A stretch of DNA of 64,000 bases from Candidatus Peregrinibacteria bacterium CG10_big_fil_rev_8_21_14_0_10_55_24 (GCA_002772745.1 PFDV01000008.1:21828-85827); one strand, 5' to 3'. Positions 17,335 through 26,783 are shown, numbered from the stretch's first letter. Notes: generated by a model from the letters alone, not told the origin. Translations and numbers: made by a program.

Positions 17335-17370
17335 ACTGCGCGAACACGGAGGGGTGGAGAGTACAGTGTA

Positions 17371-18102
17371 TCAGCGATGCTGCTTTGCAGTCACTGTTTT
17401 CCGCTTCCCCTGAGGGATTCTTGCTCTATCCGGCTCTCCGTGAATACGCGATGAAGGACACCGATCCTTGAATGCGCACTGCTCACACTTCCTGCTCCGA
17501 GCGGTGCAGACAGCGCGCCCATGACTGATGAAGAGCGTATTGAGCCTTCCCCACTGCTCCCGCGGGGTCTGGCATTCAAGATCGGCGGCGATCTTGTCCG
17601 GAGTTTTCGCCTGGGTGAGCCCAAGGCGCCGGGAAAGACGCATGACATGCGTATCGACGGCGATACCTTCGTTCTTTCCAAACGCCGCAAAGAGGATGAT
17701 GGCTGCGGTCTTGCGGCCTATCCCTGGGAGTGCAATGAGTTCCTCCATCGTACGCGGCACCTTGCCCCCGTGGCGTGTGATAAGAAGGGAGCAGAGCGCC
17801 TCGATGCGCTTTGCTTTTAGGCGAAACGTGCCGCAGGAGTGAATGAGACGCTCAAGTTCGCTCTGTGCCAAGCGCACGTAGTCCTGCGCAGTGCGACAGC
17901 GGCGAAAGAGCTCTCGTGTGACGATATTCGTCCGCACATCGGTGCACTGCGCGCTCAGGAGTGTTGCGATGGTAAGATCAAGCGGCGTTTTCCACCGCAG
18001 GAATGACCGGGGAGGATCGTAGAGCCCCTCCAGGGTGCGCAGGAGATGAGAAATGCTCATGTGCTTCGTCCGTTTTTCCATGGGATGAGCAGTATGACGC
18101 AT
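17371..18102 (-). CDS. nth: Endonuclease III
   Basis: HhH-GPD motif LIALPGIGRKTAAIIL, LLSAQCTD, and the 4Fe-4S loop CTARSRKCEQCAFKDRC. The true start may be an internal Met at 18081 or 18060. Confidence 0.9.
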   Translation of the reverse strand: MRHTAHPMEKRTKHMSISHLLRTLEGLYDPPRSFLRWKTPLDLTIATLLSAQCTDVRTNIVTRELFRRCRTAQDYVRLAQSELERLIHSCGTFRLKAKRIEALCSLLITRHGGKVPRTMEELIALPGIGRKTAAIILFAAFGKNEGIAVDTHVMRLSRRLGLTQAKTPDKIAADLECQTPREQWGRLNTLFISHGRAVCTARSRKCEQCAFKDRCPSSRIHGEPDRARIPQGKRKTVTAKQHR

Positions 18103-18162
18103 GGGGGGACGTCAAGGAAACTGCTCTGGATCGACTGGGGTGATCGGGTATAGTCCAACCCC

Positions 18163-18744
18163 GTGTCCTCACTCCCACCCTTCACCGTTTTTGATGTCGA
18201 GACGACAGGTCTTGATCCGCGCCGCGGCCACAAAATCATCGAAATTGCCGGAGTACGTATAGAGGGCGGCAAGATTCTCGAACCGCACTTTGCATCGTTG
18301 GTAAATCCCGAACGGCCTATCCCCCCGGAAGCTGCGCAAATCAACAAGATCCGTTCCGAAGATGTGCGCGAAGCACCGACCATTGACCACGTACTGCCGG
18401 ATTTCCTTTCCTTTGCGACCGGATCAATTCTTGTTGCGCACAACGCGGAATTTGACATGGGCTTCCTGCGTATAGAGAAGGAGTTGTGCTGGGGATACGT
18501 GGACCTGCCCGAATGTCTGTGCACCATGCGCTTAAGTCAGTCGATCTTTCCCCGCGAATTCCGCCACAGCTTGGATGTTGTGGGGTTGCGGGTAGGCCTG
18601 ACGCTCCCCGCAGATCGCCATCGTGCGCTTCCTGATGTCTTGCTCACTGCACAGGCACTGCTGAAGATGATCGAAAAAGGCAACATTGCATCTCTTGAGG
18701 ATCTGCGTTGCAAAGCCTCTCTGCTGCAACCTGCTACACGCTAG
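18163..18744 (+). CDS. DnaQ/DEDDh-family 3'-5' exonuclease (DNA polymerase III epsilon-like)
   Basis: Exo motifs FTVFDVETTGLDP, LVAHNAEFDMGFL and HRALPDVLLTA. GTG start. Confidence 0.75.
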   Translation: MSSLPPFTVFDVETTGLDPRRGHKIIEIAGVRIEGGKILEPHFASLVNPERPIPPEAAQINKIRSEDVREAPTIDHVLPDFLSFATGSILVAHNAEFDMGFLRIEKELCWGYVDLPECLCTMRLSQSIFPREFRHSLDVVGLRVGLTLPADRHRALPDVLLTAQALLKMIEKGNIASLEDLRCKASLLQPATR

Positions 18745-18797
18745 AAGAGGAGCAAAAACGATTCCGTACGGAGCGCTTCCTGCGTACAATCCTGCCG

Positions 18798-19283
18798 ATG
18801 GCCGTTCTCCCCATCGTCACCGGTGACACCACCCCTGTGCTGCGCACGGTGAGTAAGAATGTCCCTCAGGTCACCAAGACAATTCTGGCCTTGATCAAGG
18901 ACATGGAGGAAACACTAAAAGATGAAGGAGGTTTGGGCCTCGCAGCCCCACAAGTCGGAGAGTCACTCCAGATCTGCCTGGCACAGATCGGAGGTAAAGT
19001 GCAGGTGCTGGTGAATCCTGAGATCACTTGGCGCAGCAAAGAGGCTGACACCGAAGAAGAAGGTTGCTTGAGCCTCCCGAACATCGTTGTTGCCGTCATG
19101 CGCCCCAGGGAAATCGTCGTGCGTTACCGCAACCGCAAGGGAATGGAGGAAGAACGCAGGCTGAAGGACATGGATGCGCGTGTGGTGCAGCACGAGATGG
19201 ACCACTTAAACGGAGTGCTCATCGTGGATTACTTGTCCAGTCCAGCGACCAACGAACACCGCGCCCCTGTCACGATTGTATGA
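18798..19283 (+). CDS. def: Peptide deformylase
   Basis: Motifs GLGLAAPQVG, EGCLSLP and QHEMDHLNG. The start is taken at ATG 18798, inside track ORF 18708..19283. Confidence 0.9.
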   Translation: MAVLPIVTGDTTPVLRTVSKNVPQVTKTILALIKDMEETLKDEGGLGLAAPQVGESLQICLAQIGGKVQVLVNPEITWRSKEADTEEEGCLSLPNIVVAVMRPREIVVRYRNRKGMEEERRLKDMDARVVQHEMDHLNGVLIVDYLSSPATNEHRAPVTIV

Positions 19284-19325
19284 AAGCATGACACGGGAAG
19301 GAACGGAGAAAGATATTGCACGATG

Positions 19326-20012
19326 CTACGTATGGAGAACAACCCCAAAGGCCTTGCGCAACTTTCCCACAGCCGCATGGAGACGCGATTTCACTGTGCC
19401 AACTGGGATAGCCAGTGCCTCGCCAATCTCACGGTAGGGCATCTCTCGCATATAACGAAGCTGGATGACAACACGAAAAATTGTATCGAGCTTGAGAACA
19501 GCGTCAACGAGCGCATCACAGTCCTGGCGCTGCGCCAATACACAGCTGGGAGATTGGTGATCTGCAACCGCAGGAACATTCTCCGCCAAGAGATGATACA
19601 ACCCTTCCCTCCTCTCTACGGGATAATACTCAAGCACATCTGCGATAGCATCCTCGTCTCCCCCCGTGGAGTGCAGATGGTCAATGCTCCATAGAGAATG
19701 CCTCTTCTGCTTCCGAACGAGATCAATAGCCTTGTTTGTAGCAATGCTATAGAGCCACGGACGCACTTTGCGACCAGGTGTAAAGGAACCGCACTTCAGA
19801 TGCAGCTGGAGGAACGTCTCCTGGAACGCATCCTCTGCCAACGTTTGATCCTTAAGATACTGGCGGAGGTAGTTGTACAATTCGCTCTTGTAGCGATGCA
19901 CAAGTTCCGTGAATACGCCCTCGTCTCCTGTGTTATGGTAGGCCAAGAGCAGATCCTCATCACTGGCATCCTGCGGATCTACGGAAGAGGGACGGCAAAC
20001 GGCAAGCTCCAT
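19326..20012 (-). CDS. ECF-type RNA polymerase sigma-70 family factor
   Basis: Region 2 (FTELVHRYKSELYNYLRQYL...DAFQETF, WLYSIATNKAIDLVR) and region 4 (EMPYREIGEALAIPVGTVKSRLHAA). Confidence 0.8.
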   Translation of the reverse strand: MELAVCRPSSVDPQDASDEDLLLAYHNTGDEGVFTELVHRYKSELYNYLRQYLKDQTLAEDAFQETFLQLHLKCGSFTPGRKVRPWLYSIATNKAIDLVRKQKRHSLWSIDHLHSTGGDEDAIADVLEYYPVERREGLYHLLAENVPAVADHQSPSCVLAQRQDCDALVDAVLKLDTIFRVVIQLRYMREMPYREIGEALAIPVGTVKSRLHAAVGKLRKAFGVVLHT

Positions 20013-20100
20013 GGAGAGAATCTACCCACTTTTCCCATTGAGTCAATCGCTCGCTTCCATTTGCAGATAGGCGTCATGCGCCGCTACGCTCTCCTCTGTT

Positions 20101-21567
20101 ATGCCCCAGCTTGAAGCCGTCATTGGATTGGAGGTGCATGCGCAGATGAATACGCGCTCCAAGATGTTCTGTCCGTGCGACAACGACGCATTTGGCAAAG
20201 CGCCAAATACCACCGTCTGCCCCGTCTGCATGGGGCATCCCGGAACGCTCCCGGCACCCAACGCCGAGGCAATACAGAAAGCGCTCGTGGCCTCGCTGGC
20301 GCTTAATTGCACGATCCAGCGCGAGAACCATTTTGACCGCAAGCACTACTTCTATCCCGATCTCCCCGCGGGATTCCAGATCAGCCAGTACGATTTCCCA
20401 CTGGCCAAAGCGGGAATGGTGCACTTTTCGGTCGTGGATGCGAGCGGCAAGGCGATAGGCGGCGAACGGGAATGCCGTATCACGCGCCTCCACATGGAGA
20501 ACGATGCGGGAAAGTTGACACACCATGGCAACAAAACACTCTGCGACTTCAATCGTGCTGGAACACCACTCATGGAGATCGTGACGGAACCCGACCTGCG
20601 CTCGGCGCAGGAAGCCGTGGCATTCGCGCAGGAGCTCAGACGCATTCTGATTGCCGTGGGCGCGAGCGAAGCCGATATGTTCAAGGGCATGATGCGGTTC
20701 GACGCCTCTATTTCCTTACGCGAAAAGGGGACGCAGAAACTCAACCCCAGGAGCGAGATCAAGAATCTCAACTCCTTCAAAGCTCTCGAGAAAGCCCTGA
20801 CGTACGAGACGAAGCGCCTTACAAAGCTCTGGGAGGAATCCTCAGGACCGCTCCCGAACGACATCACTGTGGGCTGGATGGATGAGGAGGAGAAGACACG
20901 ACTCCTAAGGGATAAGGAAACCGCCATGGATTACCGCTACTTCCCGGAGCCGGATATTCCGCCGCTCGTCTTTAGTGAGAAGGAAATTGCGAAGACCCGC
21001 AGTGCATTGCCCACGCTCCCGCAGGAACTGCGCAAGCAGTATGCCGGATTGGGCCTTACCGACGCACAGGTGCTGCAGCTCACCGATGTACCGCAGCTCA
21101 GAGCGCTCTTCGATGTCGTGCGGGAGAAGACCGGAGATTCAAAGCGTGCAGTCGCGCTTGTCCTCACGCAGCTCCTGGGATTCCTCAACGCCCATGGAAA
21201 AGCATTAGGCGATGCCCCCGCACCCGAGGCGTTACTTGAACTCGTCACGAAGATTGATGAGGGAACAATCTCGGCAAACGCAGGAAAAGACGTTCTGGAA
21301 AAAATGGTCGCAAGCGGCAAGAACCCCTCAGCAATCATTGAGGAGGAGGGCATGCAGCAGATCTCTGATGACACGGCAATCGAGGAGCTTGTCGCAAAGG
21401 CGATTGAAGCAAATCCCCAGGCAGTGGAATCGTATACGAGTGGAAAGGGAGCCGCACTTGGCGCCATCGTCGGCTGGGTGATGAAGGAGACAAAAGGACA
21501 GGCAGACCCCAAAAAGGTGAATGACCTACTGCTCAAAAAACTCTCTCAAGCATCTTCCGAGTCCTGA
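20101..21567 (+). CDS. gatB: Asp/Glu-tRNA(Asn/Gln) amidotransferase subunit B
   Basis: IGLEVHAQMNTRSKMFCPC, FDRKHYFYPDLP, NRAGTPLMEIVTEPD and a C-terminal GatB_Yqey domain. Confidence 0.95.
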   Translation: MPQLEAVIGLEVHAQMNTRSKMFCPCDNDAFGKAPNTTVCPVCMGHPGTLPAPNAEAIQKALVASLALNCTIQRENHFDRKHYFYPDLPAGFQISQYDFPLAKAGMVHFSVVDASGKAIGGERECRITRLHMENDAGKLTHHGNKTLCDFNRAGTPLMEIVTEPDLRSAQEAVAFAQELRRILIAVGASEADMFKGMMRFDASISLREKGTQKLNPRSEIKNLNSFKALEKALTYETKRLTKLWEESSGPLPNDITVGWMDEEEKTRLLRDKETAMDYRYFPEPDIPPLVFSEKEIAKTRSALPTLPQELRKQYAGLGLTDAQVLQLTDVPQLRALFDVVREKTGDSKRAVALVLTQLLGFLNAHGKALGDAPAPEALLELVTKIDEGTISANAGKDVLEKMVASGKNPSAIIEEEGMQQISDDTAIEELVAKAIEANPQAVESYTSGKGAALGAIVGWVMKETKGQADPKKVNDLLLKKLSQASSES

Positions 21568-21570
21568 ACC

Positions 21571-22128
21571 TTACACCCTCCCCATGTACGTCCCCGTCTC
21601 GGTGTTCACTTTAATCGTGTCCCCTTCGCCGATGAAGAGCGGAACGGAGACCGTGAGGCCGGATTCCAGCAGAGCCGGCTTGGTACCGCCTGTGGCCGTG
21701 TCACCCTTCACACCGGGAATAGTTTCGGTGACCTTGAGATCAACCGTGGCAGGAAGCTGAACACCGATGGGTTGTTCCTCGAATACGAGAGCATCCACCT
21801 CACCACCTTCGACAAGGTACTGGAGTGCATCGCCGATAGTCTCCGTGGAGAGCGGGAATTGATCGTAGGTTTTAAGATCCATGAACGTGTGCTCCTCACC
21901 GCTGCGGTAGAGATACTGGCAACGACGGTAGCCGATATCGGCCGGCTCAATGAGCTCGCTTCCCTGAAAGTTCTTCGCAACCACCGCACCGGTCTTCAGG
22001 TTTTTGAGCTTACACTGCATGTTGGCCTTGGACTGGCTCTTGCGACCGAATTGCGACGCAACAATGAGATATGGGATCCCATCGATCTGAATGGCCCTGC
22101 CGGGCTTGAGCTCTGTGAGGACGTACAT
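21571..22128 (-). CDS. efp: Translation elongation factor P
   Basis: 185 aa. Motifs LKPGRAIQIDGIPYLIV, KVTETIPGVKGDTATGGTKPA and GEGDTIKVNTETGTY. Confidence 0.95.
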   Translation of the reverse strand: MYVLTELKPGRAIQIDGIPYLIVASQFGRKSQSKANMQCKLKNLKTGAVVAKNFQGSELIEPADIGYRRCQYLYRSGEEHTFMDLKTYDQFPLSTETIGDALQYLVEGGEVDALVFEEQPIGVQLPATVDLKVTETIPGVKGDTATGGTKPALLESGLTVSVPLFIGEGDTIKVNTETGTYMGRV

Positions 22129-22180
22129 GATGACAGAGTGTGCTGATGGTGTTGCGCACGGTCAAGAGAGGAAGTGTAAA

Positions 22181-22215
22181 AACCCAACCCGAACCCTAAT
22201 CCTAACCCGAATGCC
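22181..22215 (+). repeat. 6-bp-period CCCGAA/CCCTAA-type array
   Basis: Reads aacccaacccgaaccctaatcctaacccgaatgcc. Located between the efp start and the 3' end of the anti-sigma gene. Confidence 0.8.
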
Positions 22216-24138
22216 CTACTCCGCCGACTTCTGCCACTGCAGACGAATAATCTCCTTGCGCACCCTCAGTGGCAACTCTTCTGGGCCATCGGGAAGCGCA
22301 TAGTAGAGCCGACGCAGGATACTCCCCTGATCGGGGTGCCCCGCGAGCGCATTGAGCTCGACGACGAGTTGATTCACTCGCGAACGCTGCATGTGATACA
22401 CGAAGATACGATCGCGAATCCCTTGGACGATTGCCGCAAGCTGATCCTCGGTGAGTGTGGGGAGAGTGGAATCCTCCGCAGGCGGCAGGTACGGTTGCAC
22501 TTGCGCGACGAGATCCGGCGACACACCGTCGCCGGCTTCTCCAGCCTGCACAACGGCAAATGCGAACTCGGAGAGGAGGACTTTGGCTTCGCGACGAACC
22601 TCGGGGCGCAGGGCACCCTCGTCATCAAGTATGCTCAGTTGAGCCTGAAGATCGGACCAGATGGTCCCAATACTCTGCGCATCATGCTCATCCACTGCAT
22701 CGAGAAGCGCCGCGATGGTATCGATGAGAATCACTCCACGCACATCCACGGTATCCACAGAACCGTCCGGAACGGAGGCGCTGGCCTCCAGTACCGCCTG
22801 TTTGATGATATAGGACGTGTCATTCGGCAGGATGGCGACGACTCGGGAAGTTTCCTCGGCAATGGCCTGCGAGAGCAACGCTTGCACAAGGGTATCACCC
22901 GAACCGGTGGCGAGTGCCAGGAGTGAATCACGGTACGCAACGAGGGAAACTTTGCCCGCCTCAACTTCGCCTTCTGCCAGCAACACTGCCGCCTCATCCA
23001 GACGCACGGACACCTGTTCCACACGCTTCTGCGTGCGCGCCTCATCACCGAAGGTAAGGAGCACGTCAACAGTTTCGGCAATACGCTTTACTGGATAGAG
23101 CGGTGAAGTCGGCAGAATGCCGGCGCGCGCGGCGCGGCGCTCCTGTTGGAGCTGCGCAATGGATTGGCGGTGCACGGCATCGCGGCGGAGGTTCTGGTCC
23201 ACCCAAGGACGCTCGTACCCTTCCTCCGGTAACTTCTTCACAACGATGATTCCGTCTTCGTTGAGATCCGTCCACTCGCCGGCTACCAAGTACGTTTGCT
23301 CTTTGGAGGTGGCAACCTCAGCACGGCGATCCCACACATTCACGGTAACCGTCTCGCCTTCGGCGATGGACACACTCCCCTCGTGGACCACAACCGTTCC
23401 GTATTCTGTCTGTACCGAGATGCCCCGGAGTTGCGAGGGGGTGAGCCCCTGCACCCAGATGCGGCCGGTGAAGAGCGTAACGGTTGCAGCAACATCCTGA
23501 GCAGATTCATGTGTACGATCACTCGTATCGTTGAGACGCAGAGACGTGAACGCATCCATGCGAATCACGCCGTCATCACGCAGGAGGATGCTCGCCTCCC
23601 CGTCATGGGTCCGCAAAACCATACCGGATTCCAACACAATCTCTTCTTCTACGGGCTGCCACAAACCACCGATAGAGATGGTGACCTCACCGCGCGTGGG
23701 CAGCAGCGTCGTTGCACTCTCGGCCACCGTGCGCGGTGCCAGGAAGAGTTGCGGTCCCGCCTTGGCACAGAGCGCGACGAGGACAAACGCAGCGACCCAC
23801 TTAAAGGCAATTTGCCGCACCGCGACCGCCTGCACGGGGACGAGTCGAGGCCACAATCGCTGTTTGAGATGCTCCGTCAATCCCCGCGACGGCGTGAGGA
23901 GTTCGCACAGACGTGTAAAGAGTGCAAGCTCATGCTCCACGCCGATGCGCGCAAGGATACGATCCCAGATCTTCCGCCCCTGCACTGCAGTGGGAGCGAG
24001 TTTTTCTCGAACACGCAGGAGTGCCGCCGAGGATTCGATCCTGCGCTCCAAACGGCTACGGACACGTGAGTGTGCTTCCGCGGAAGGCGTCAGATCTTGC
24101 TGGAGCCGGCAGAGGAGTTCTTCGGGGGTCACTGGCAT
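22216..24138 (-). CDS. Putative anti-sigma or membrane regulatory protein (N-terminal cytoplasmic segment, one transmembrane helix, FecR-like and DUF5667-like extracytoplasmic regions)
   Basis: 640 aa. Transmembrane helix IAFKWVAAFVLVALCA. The segment LYPVKRIAETVDVLLTF...RLDEAAVLL is typical of DUF5667. It lies immediately downstream of ECF sigma 24167..24736. Confidence 0.6.
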   Translation of the reverse strand: MPVTPEELLCRLQQDLTPSAEAHSRVRSRLERRIESSAALLRVREKLAPTAVQGRKIWDRILARIGVEHELALFTRLCELLTPSRGLTEHLKQRLWPRLVPVQAVAVRQIAFKWVAAFVLVALCAKAGPQLFLAPRTVAESATTLLPTRGEVTISIGGLWQPVEEEIVLESGMVLRTHDGEASILLRDDGVIRMDAFTSLRLNDTSDRTHESAQDVAATVTLFTGRIWVQGLTPSQLRGISVQTEYGTVVVHEGSVSIAEGETVTVNVWDRRAEVATSKEQTYLVAGEWTDLNEDGIIVVKKLPEEGYERPWVDQNLRRDAVHRQSIAQLQQERRAARAGILPTSPLYPVKRIAETVDVLLTFGDEARTQKRVEQVSVRLDEAAVLLAEGEVEAGKVSLVAYRDSLLALATGSGDTLVQALLSQAIAEETSRVVAILPNDTSYIIKQAVLEASASVPDGSVDTVDVRGVILIDTIAALLDAVDEHDAQSIGTIWSDLQAQLSILDDEGALRPEVRREAKVLLSEFAFAVVQAGEAGDGVSPDLVAQVQPYLPPAEDSTLPTLTEDQLAAIVQGIRDRIFVYHMQRSRVNQLVVELNALAGHPDQGSILRRLYYALPDGPEELPLRVRKEIIRLQWQKSAE

Positions 24139-24166
24139 GCCTTATAACGAATAAAAGTGGCTTCCG

Positions 24167-24736
24167 TTACATGTTTTCTGCGAATTCCGGTGGGAGGGCG
24201 TCGCGGAACCGCTTGAGGGCACGAAATTTGAGGACACGAATGGAGCCTTCGGAGGTTTTGAGGACTTTGGCAACCTCTGCCGTGGAAAGGCCGGAGAGGT
24301 ACGAGAGTTCCAAAACTTCACGATAGCGCCGAGGGAGCACGGCAAGAGTTTTTCTTACAACCGCCAGGAGGTGTGCGCGTTTGACGCGCGTATCCGCTTG
24401 GTTGAACTCATCGGTATCGCACAATTCTTCGGGGACTTCTTCCCATGTACGCGTGGTCCGGTACGCATCAATCACCTCATGACGCGCAATGCGGAAGAGC
24501 CACGCCCCAAAGGGGACATTTGCACGGGGCTTGTATGTGTAAAGCTTTTCCCAGGCTTTCACGAAGATTTCTTCCGTCAGATCTTCTGCAGCCGCACTTG
24601 GCGCACGTAACGCCGCGTACCGATAGACGGACGGGAAGAAGTGATCGTAGATGCGGCCAAAGGCGGCGGTGTCTCCCTCCTGTGCCTGTGCGACGAGGCG
24701 GGAGATCGCCGCGGGATCGAGCTCCGGCGACGGCAT
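24167..24736 (-). CDS. ECF-type RNA polymerase sigma factor
   Basis: FGRIYDHFFPSVYRYA, EIFVKAWEKL, WLFRIARHEVIDAYR and region 4 LSYLSGLSTAEVAKVLKTSEGSIRVLKFRALK. Confidence 0.85.
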   Translation of the reverse strand: MPSPELDPAAISRLVAQAQEGDTAAFGRIYDHFFPSVYRYAALRAPSAAAEDLTEEIFVKAWEKLYTYKPRANVPFGAWLFRIARHEVIDAYRTTRTWEEVPEELCDTDEFNQADTRVKRAHLLAVVRKTLAVLPRRYREVLELSYLSGLSTAEVAKVLKTSEGSIRVLKFRALKRFRDALPPEFAENM

Positions 24737-24765
24737 GAGGTGGGCAGTATAGCAGAACGGGGCAC

Positions 24766-24903
24766 GGAAAAGAGGTTTTGGTCGGTTAAGAAGGTTTCGT
24801 CAGGTCAGGGAGTTGCCGTAAGCCTCCCAAATCTCCTGTACCTCCCTTACCTGCCAAACCTCTTGTTTCTCCCACACCTTCAGCACTTCCCGCACTTTCA
24901 CAC
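24766..24903 (+). repeat. Inverted pair of 9-bp-period arrays (purine-type arm 24766..24819, pyrimidine-type arm 24823..24903)
   Basis: Right arm: cctcccaaa tctcctgta cctccctta cctgccaaa cctcttgtt tctcccaca ccttcagca cttcccgca ctttcacac. Left arm: ggaaaagag gttttggtc ggttaagaa ggtttcgtc aggtcaggg agttgccgt. Confidence 0.8.
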
Positions 24904-24909
24904 CCCTCC

Positions 24910-26733
24910 TCACTCCCACTCGATCGTCGCCGGAGGCTTACTCGTGAGATCGAGGAAGACCATGTCGATACCAGAGAGCGTCATGATGCGCTCTATCATG
25001 GCACGCAACGCCGACTCCGGAAGGTGAGCGGCATCGGCCGTCATGGCATCGGTAGATTCGATGGGGCGCAGGACAATCGATTGTCCGCCCGTACGCGTGC
25101 CAAACGGGAGGAGTACCACGGGGAACTGCCAAATGGCCTCATAGAGCCCGGCTTTGCGTACCTCTTCCATCACCATGGCATCGGCCTCCCGCAGGAGGTT
25201 CGCGCGCTCGCGGCTAAGGAACCCCGGGGTGAAGACAAAGGGAACGGGCTCCGCATGCGACATACTGAGGAGCACGCGATTGATCTGCGGCGTGGTGTTG
25301 GGGATCTCCGTCGCCAAACGTTCCACCTCGGGAGGAACGGAAAAGGGATCTTCACAGAAGAGCGCGAGCGCATGGCGATAGGTACGCCCGTCGCCCTGTA
25401 CACCAACGGACTTCACTGGCAACACCTGGCTTCTGATTCCTGGCTTCTGATTTTCGACCGAAGGTACATCAACAACGTCGGGCTTCTCTGCACAGAGGAT
25501 GCGCACGCCCAAGCCCGGACCCGGAAAGGGATGGCGCCATACCAAATCATGTGGCAATCCCAGTTCCTCGCCGAGCTTGCGCACCTCATCCTTGTAAAGA
25601 TCCTTGAGCGGCTCCACCACGAGACCTTTGTCGATCATCTCCTGAATCATTTGCACTCGGTTATGGTGCGTCTTGATCTGATCGGCATGCTTGGTGCCTC
25701 CCGTTTCGATGGTATCGGGATAAATCGTCCCCTGCCCCAGCATCCACCCTTGCTCCGCGGTGAGTCCCATTTCAGCGCTGACGCGCTGCTGCACGGCAAC
25801 GAATGTATCACCGATGACTTTGCGCTTCGCTTCGGGCTCGTAGACGCCGGTGAGGTTGGCGAAGAATTCTTCGGAGGCATCTTCGACACGCAAGTTGGGA
25901 AGCTTGAGCTTGCCCAGTGCTTCCTCGATTTGCCGCACTTCATCCTTGCGCATGAGTCCGGTATCGACGAGCAACCCCTGCACGCGATCAGTACCGAGGA
26001 TGGAATCGAGGAGGGTGAAGGCAACCGTGGAATCCACTCCACCAGAGACGAGCATGAAGACTTTATGATCCTCGACTTCGCTGCGGATGACGTCGCCGAT
26101 GTGCGCGGCGTAACTCTTCACCGACCAGGGTGCGGGGTTACAGAGCTCCACGAAACTCCGGAGGATGTCGTTTCCATGCTGCGTGTGCGTGACTTCGGGG
26201 TGGAACTGCAGCGCGAAGAGCTTGCGCTTTGGATCTTCGAACGCGGCATTCGCACAGGCATCGGAGGTGGCAGTACGCACAAATCCGGCAGGAAGCTCTG
26301 TGGCCTCGTCTCCATGCGACATCCAGACGACGAACTCTTCCGGGCACGCATGGAAAAGCATTGATCGTTGACACGAGCCCGAACCCTCAACCCGAATCCG
26401 CGTCCGCCCGTACTCCTTCACTTTCCCCTGCATCACCGTTCCATCCAGTGCCTGCGTCATCCAGTGGAGTCCGTAACAGAGCCCCAAGATAGGAATTTTC
26501 AAATCGAAGATTTTGGGGTCAGCCTGAGGGCTCCCCGACTCGTACACGCTTTGGGGACCTCCGGAGAGAATGATTCCGGCTGCACCCTGGAGCGCCGAAG
26601 CCGGAGTTTCGGGCGGGAGGATCTGCGCATATGCGCCAAAGCGCCGAACACGACTTGCGATAAGGTGCGCGTACTGACCCCCGAAGTCGAGGATAACGAT
26701 GCTCTGGGGGTGCTCCATACGCATAGAGTACAT
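24910..26733 (-). CDS. guaA: GMP synthase (glutamine-hydrolysing), long form with an extended C-terminal dimerisation region
   Basis: GATase (ILDFGGQYAHLIA, LGLCYGLHWM, VWMSHGD, LQFHPE), the ATP-PPase P-loop VSGGVDSTV, and the C-terminus KPPATIEWE. Candidate starts are 26733, 26724 and 26718. The upstream part of track ORF 24910..27042 is not GuaA-like. Confidence 0.9.
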   Translation of the reverse strand: MYSMRMEHPQSIVILDFGGQYAHLIASRVRRFGAYAQILPPETPASALQGAAGIILSGGPQSVYESGSPQADPKIFDLKIPILGLCYGLHWMTQALDGTVMQGKVKEYGRTRIRVEGSGSCQRSMLFHACPEEFVVWMSHGDEATELPAGFVRTATSDACANAAFEDPKRKLFALQFHPEVTHTQHGNDILRSFVELCNPAPWSVKSYAAHIGDVIRSEVEDHKVFMLVSGGVDSTVAFTLLDSILGTDRVQGLLVDTGLMRKDEVRQIEEALGKLKLPNLRVEDASEEFFANLTGVYEPEAKRKVIGDTFVAVQQRVSAEMGLTAEQGWMLGQGTIYPDTIETGGTKHADQIKTHHNRVQMIQEMIDKGLVVEPLKDLYKDEVRKLGEELGLPHDLVWRHPFPGPGLGVRILCAEKPDVVDVPSVENQKPGIRSQVLPVKSVGVQGDGRTYRHALALFCEDPFSVPPEVERLATEIPNTTPQINRVLLSMSHAEPVPFVFTPGFLSRERANLLREADAMVMEEVRKAGLYEAIWQFPVVLLPFGTRTGGQSIVLRPIESTDAMTADAAHLPESALRAMIERIMTLSGIDMVFLDLTSKPPATIEWE

Positions 26734-26783
26734 GGATCGGCAAGTTGTTGACAAAAAATAATGATGATACAAAAATACATTTA

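Noticed and set aside
22181-22215. Telomere-like CCCTAA repeats
   Set aside because: There is only one CCCTAA/TCCTAA pair within a degenerate CCCGAA array. The position is chromosome-internal, between efp and an anti-sigma gene, so the resemblance is coincidental.
25024-26364. 446-aa plus-strand ORF
   Set aside because: It is antisense to guaA.
26378-26399. Treating the guaA-internal CCCGAA-like segment as a definite repeat insertion
   Set aside because: The GATase region is not longer than in E. coli GuaA, so no extra residues are demonstrably inserted. The similarity to the 22188-22215 array (two shared 9-10-mers) is suggestive but could be chance. It is mentioned only as part of the 6-mer finding.
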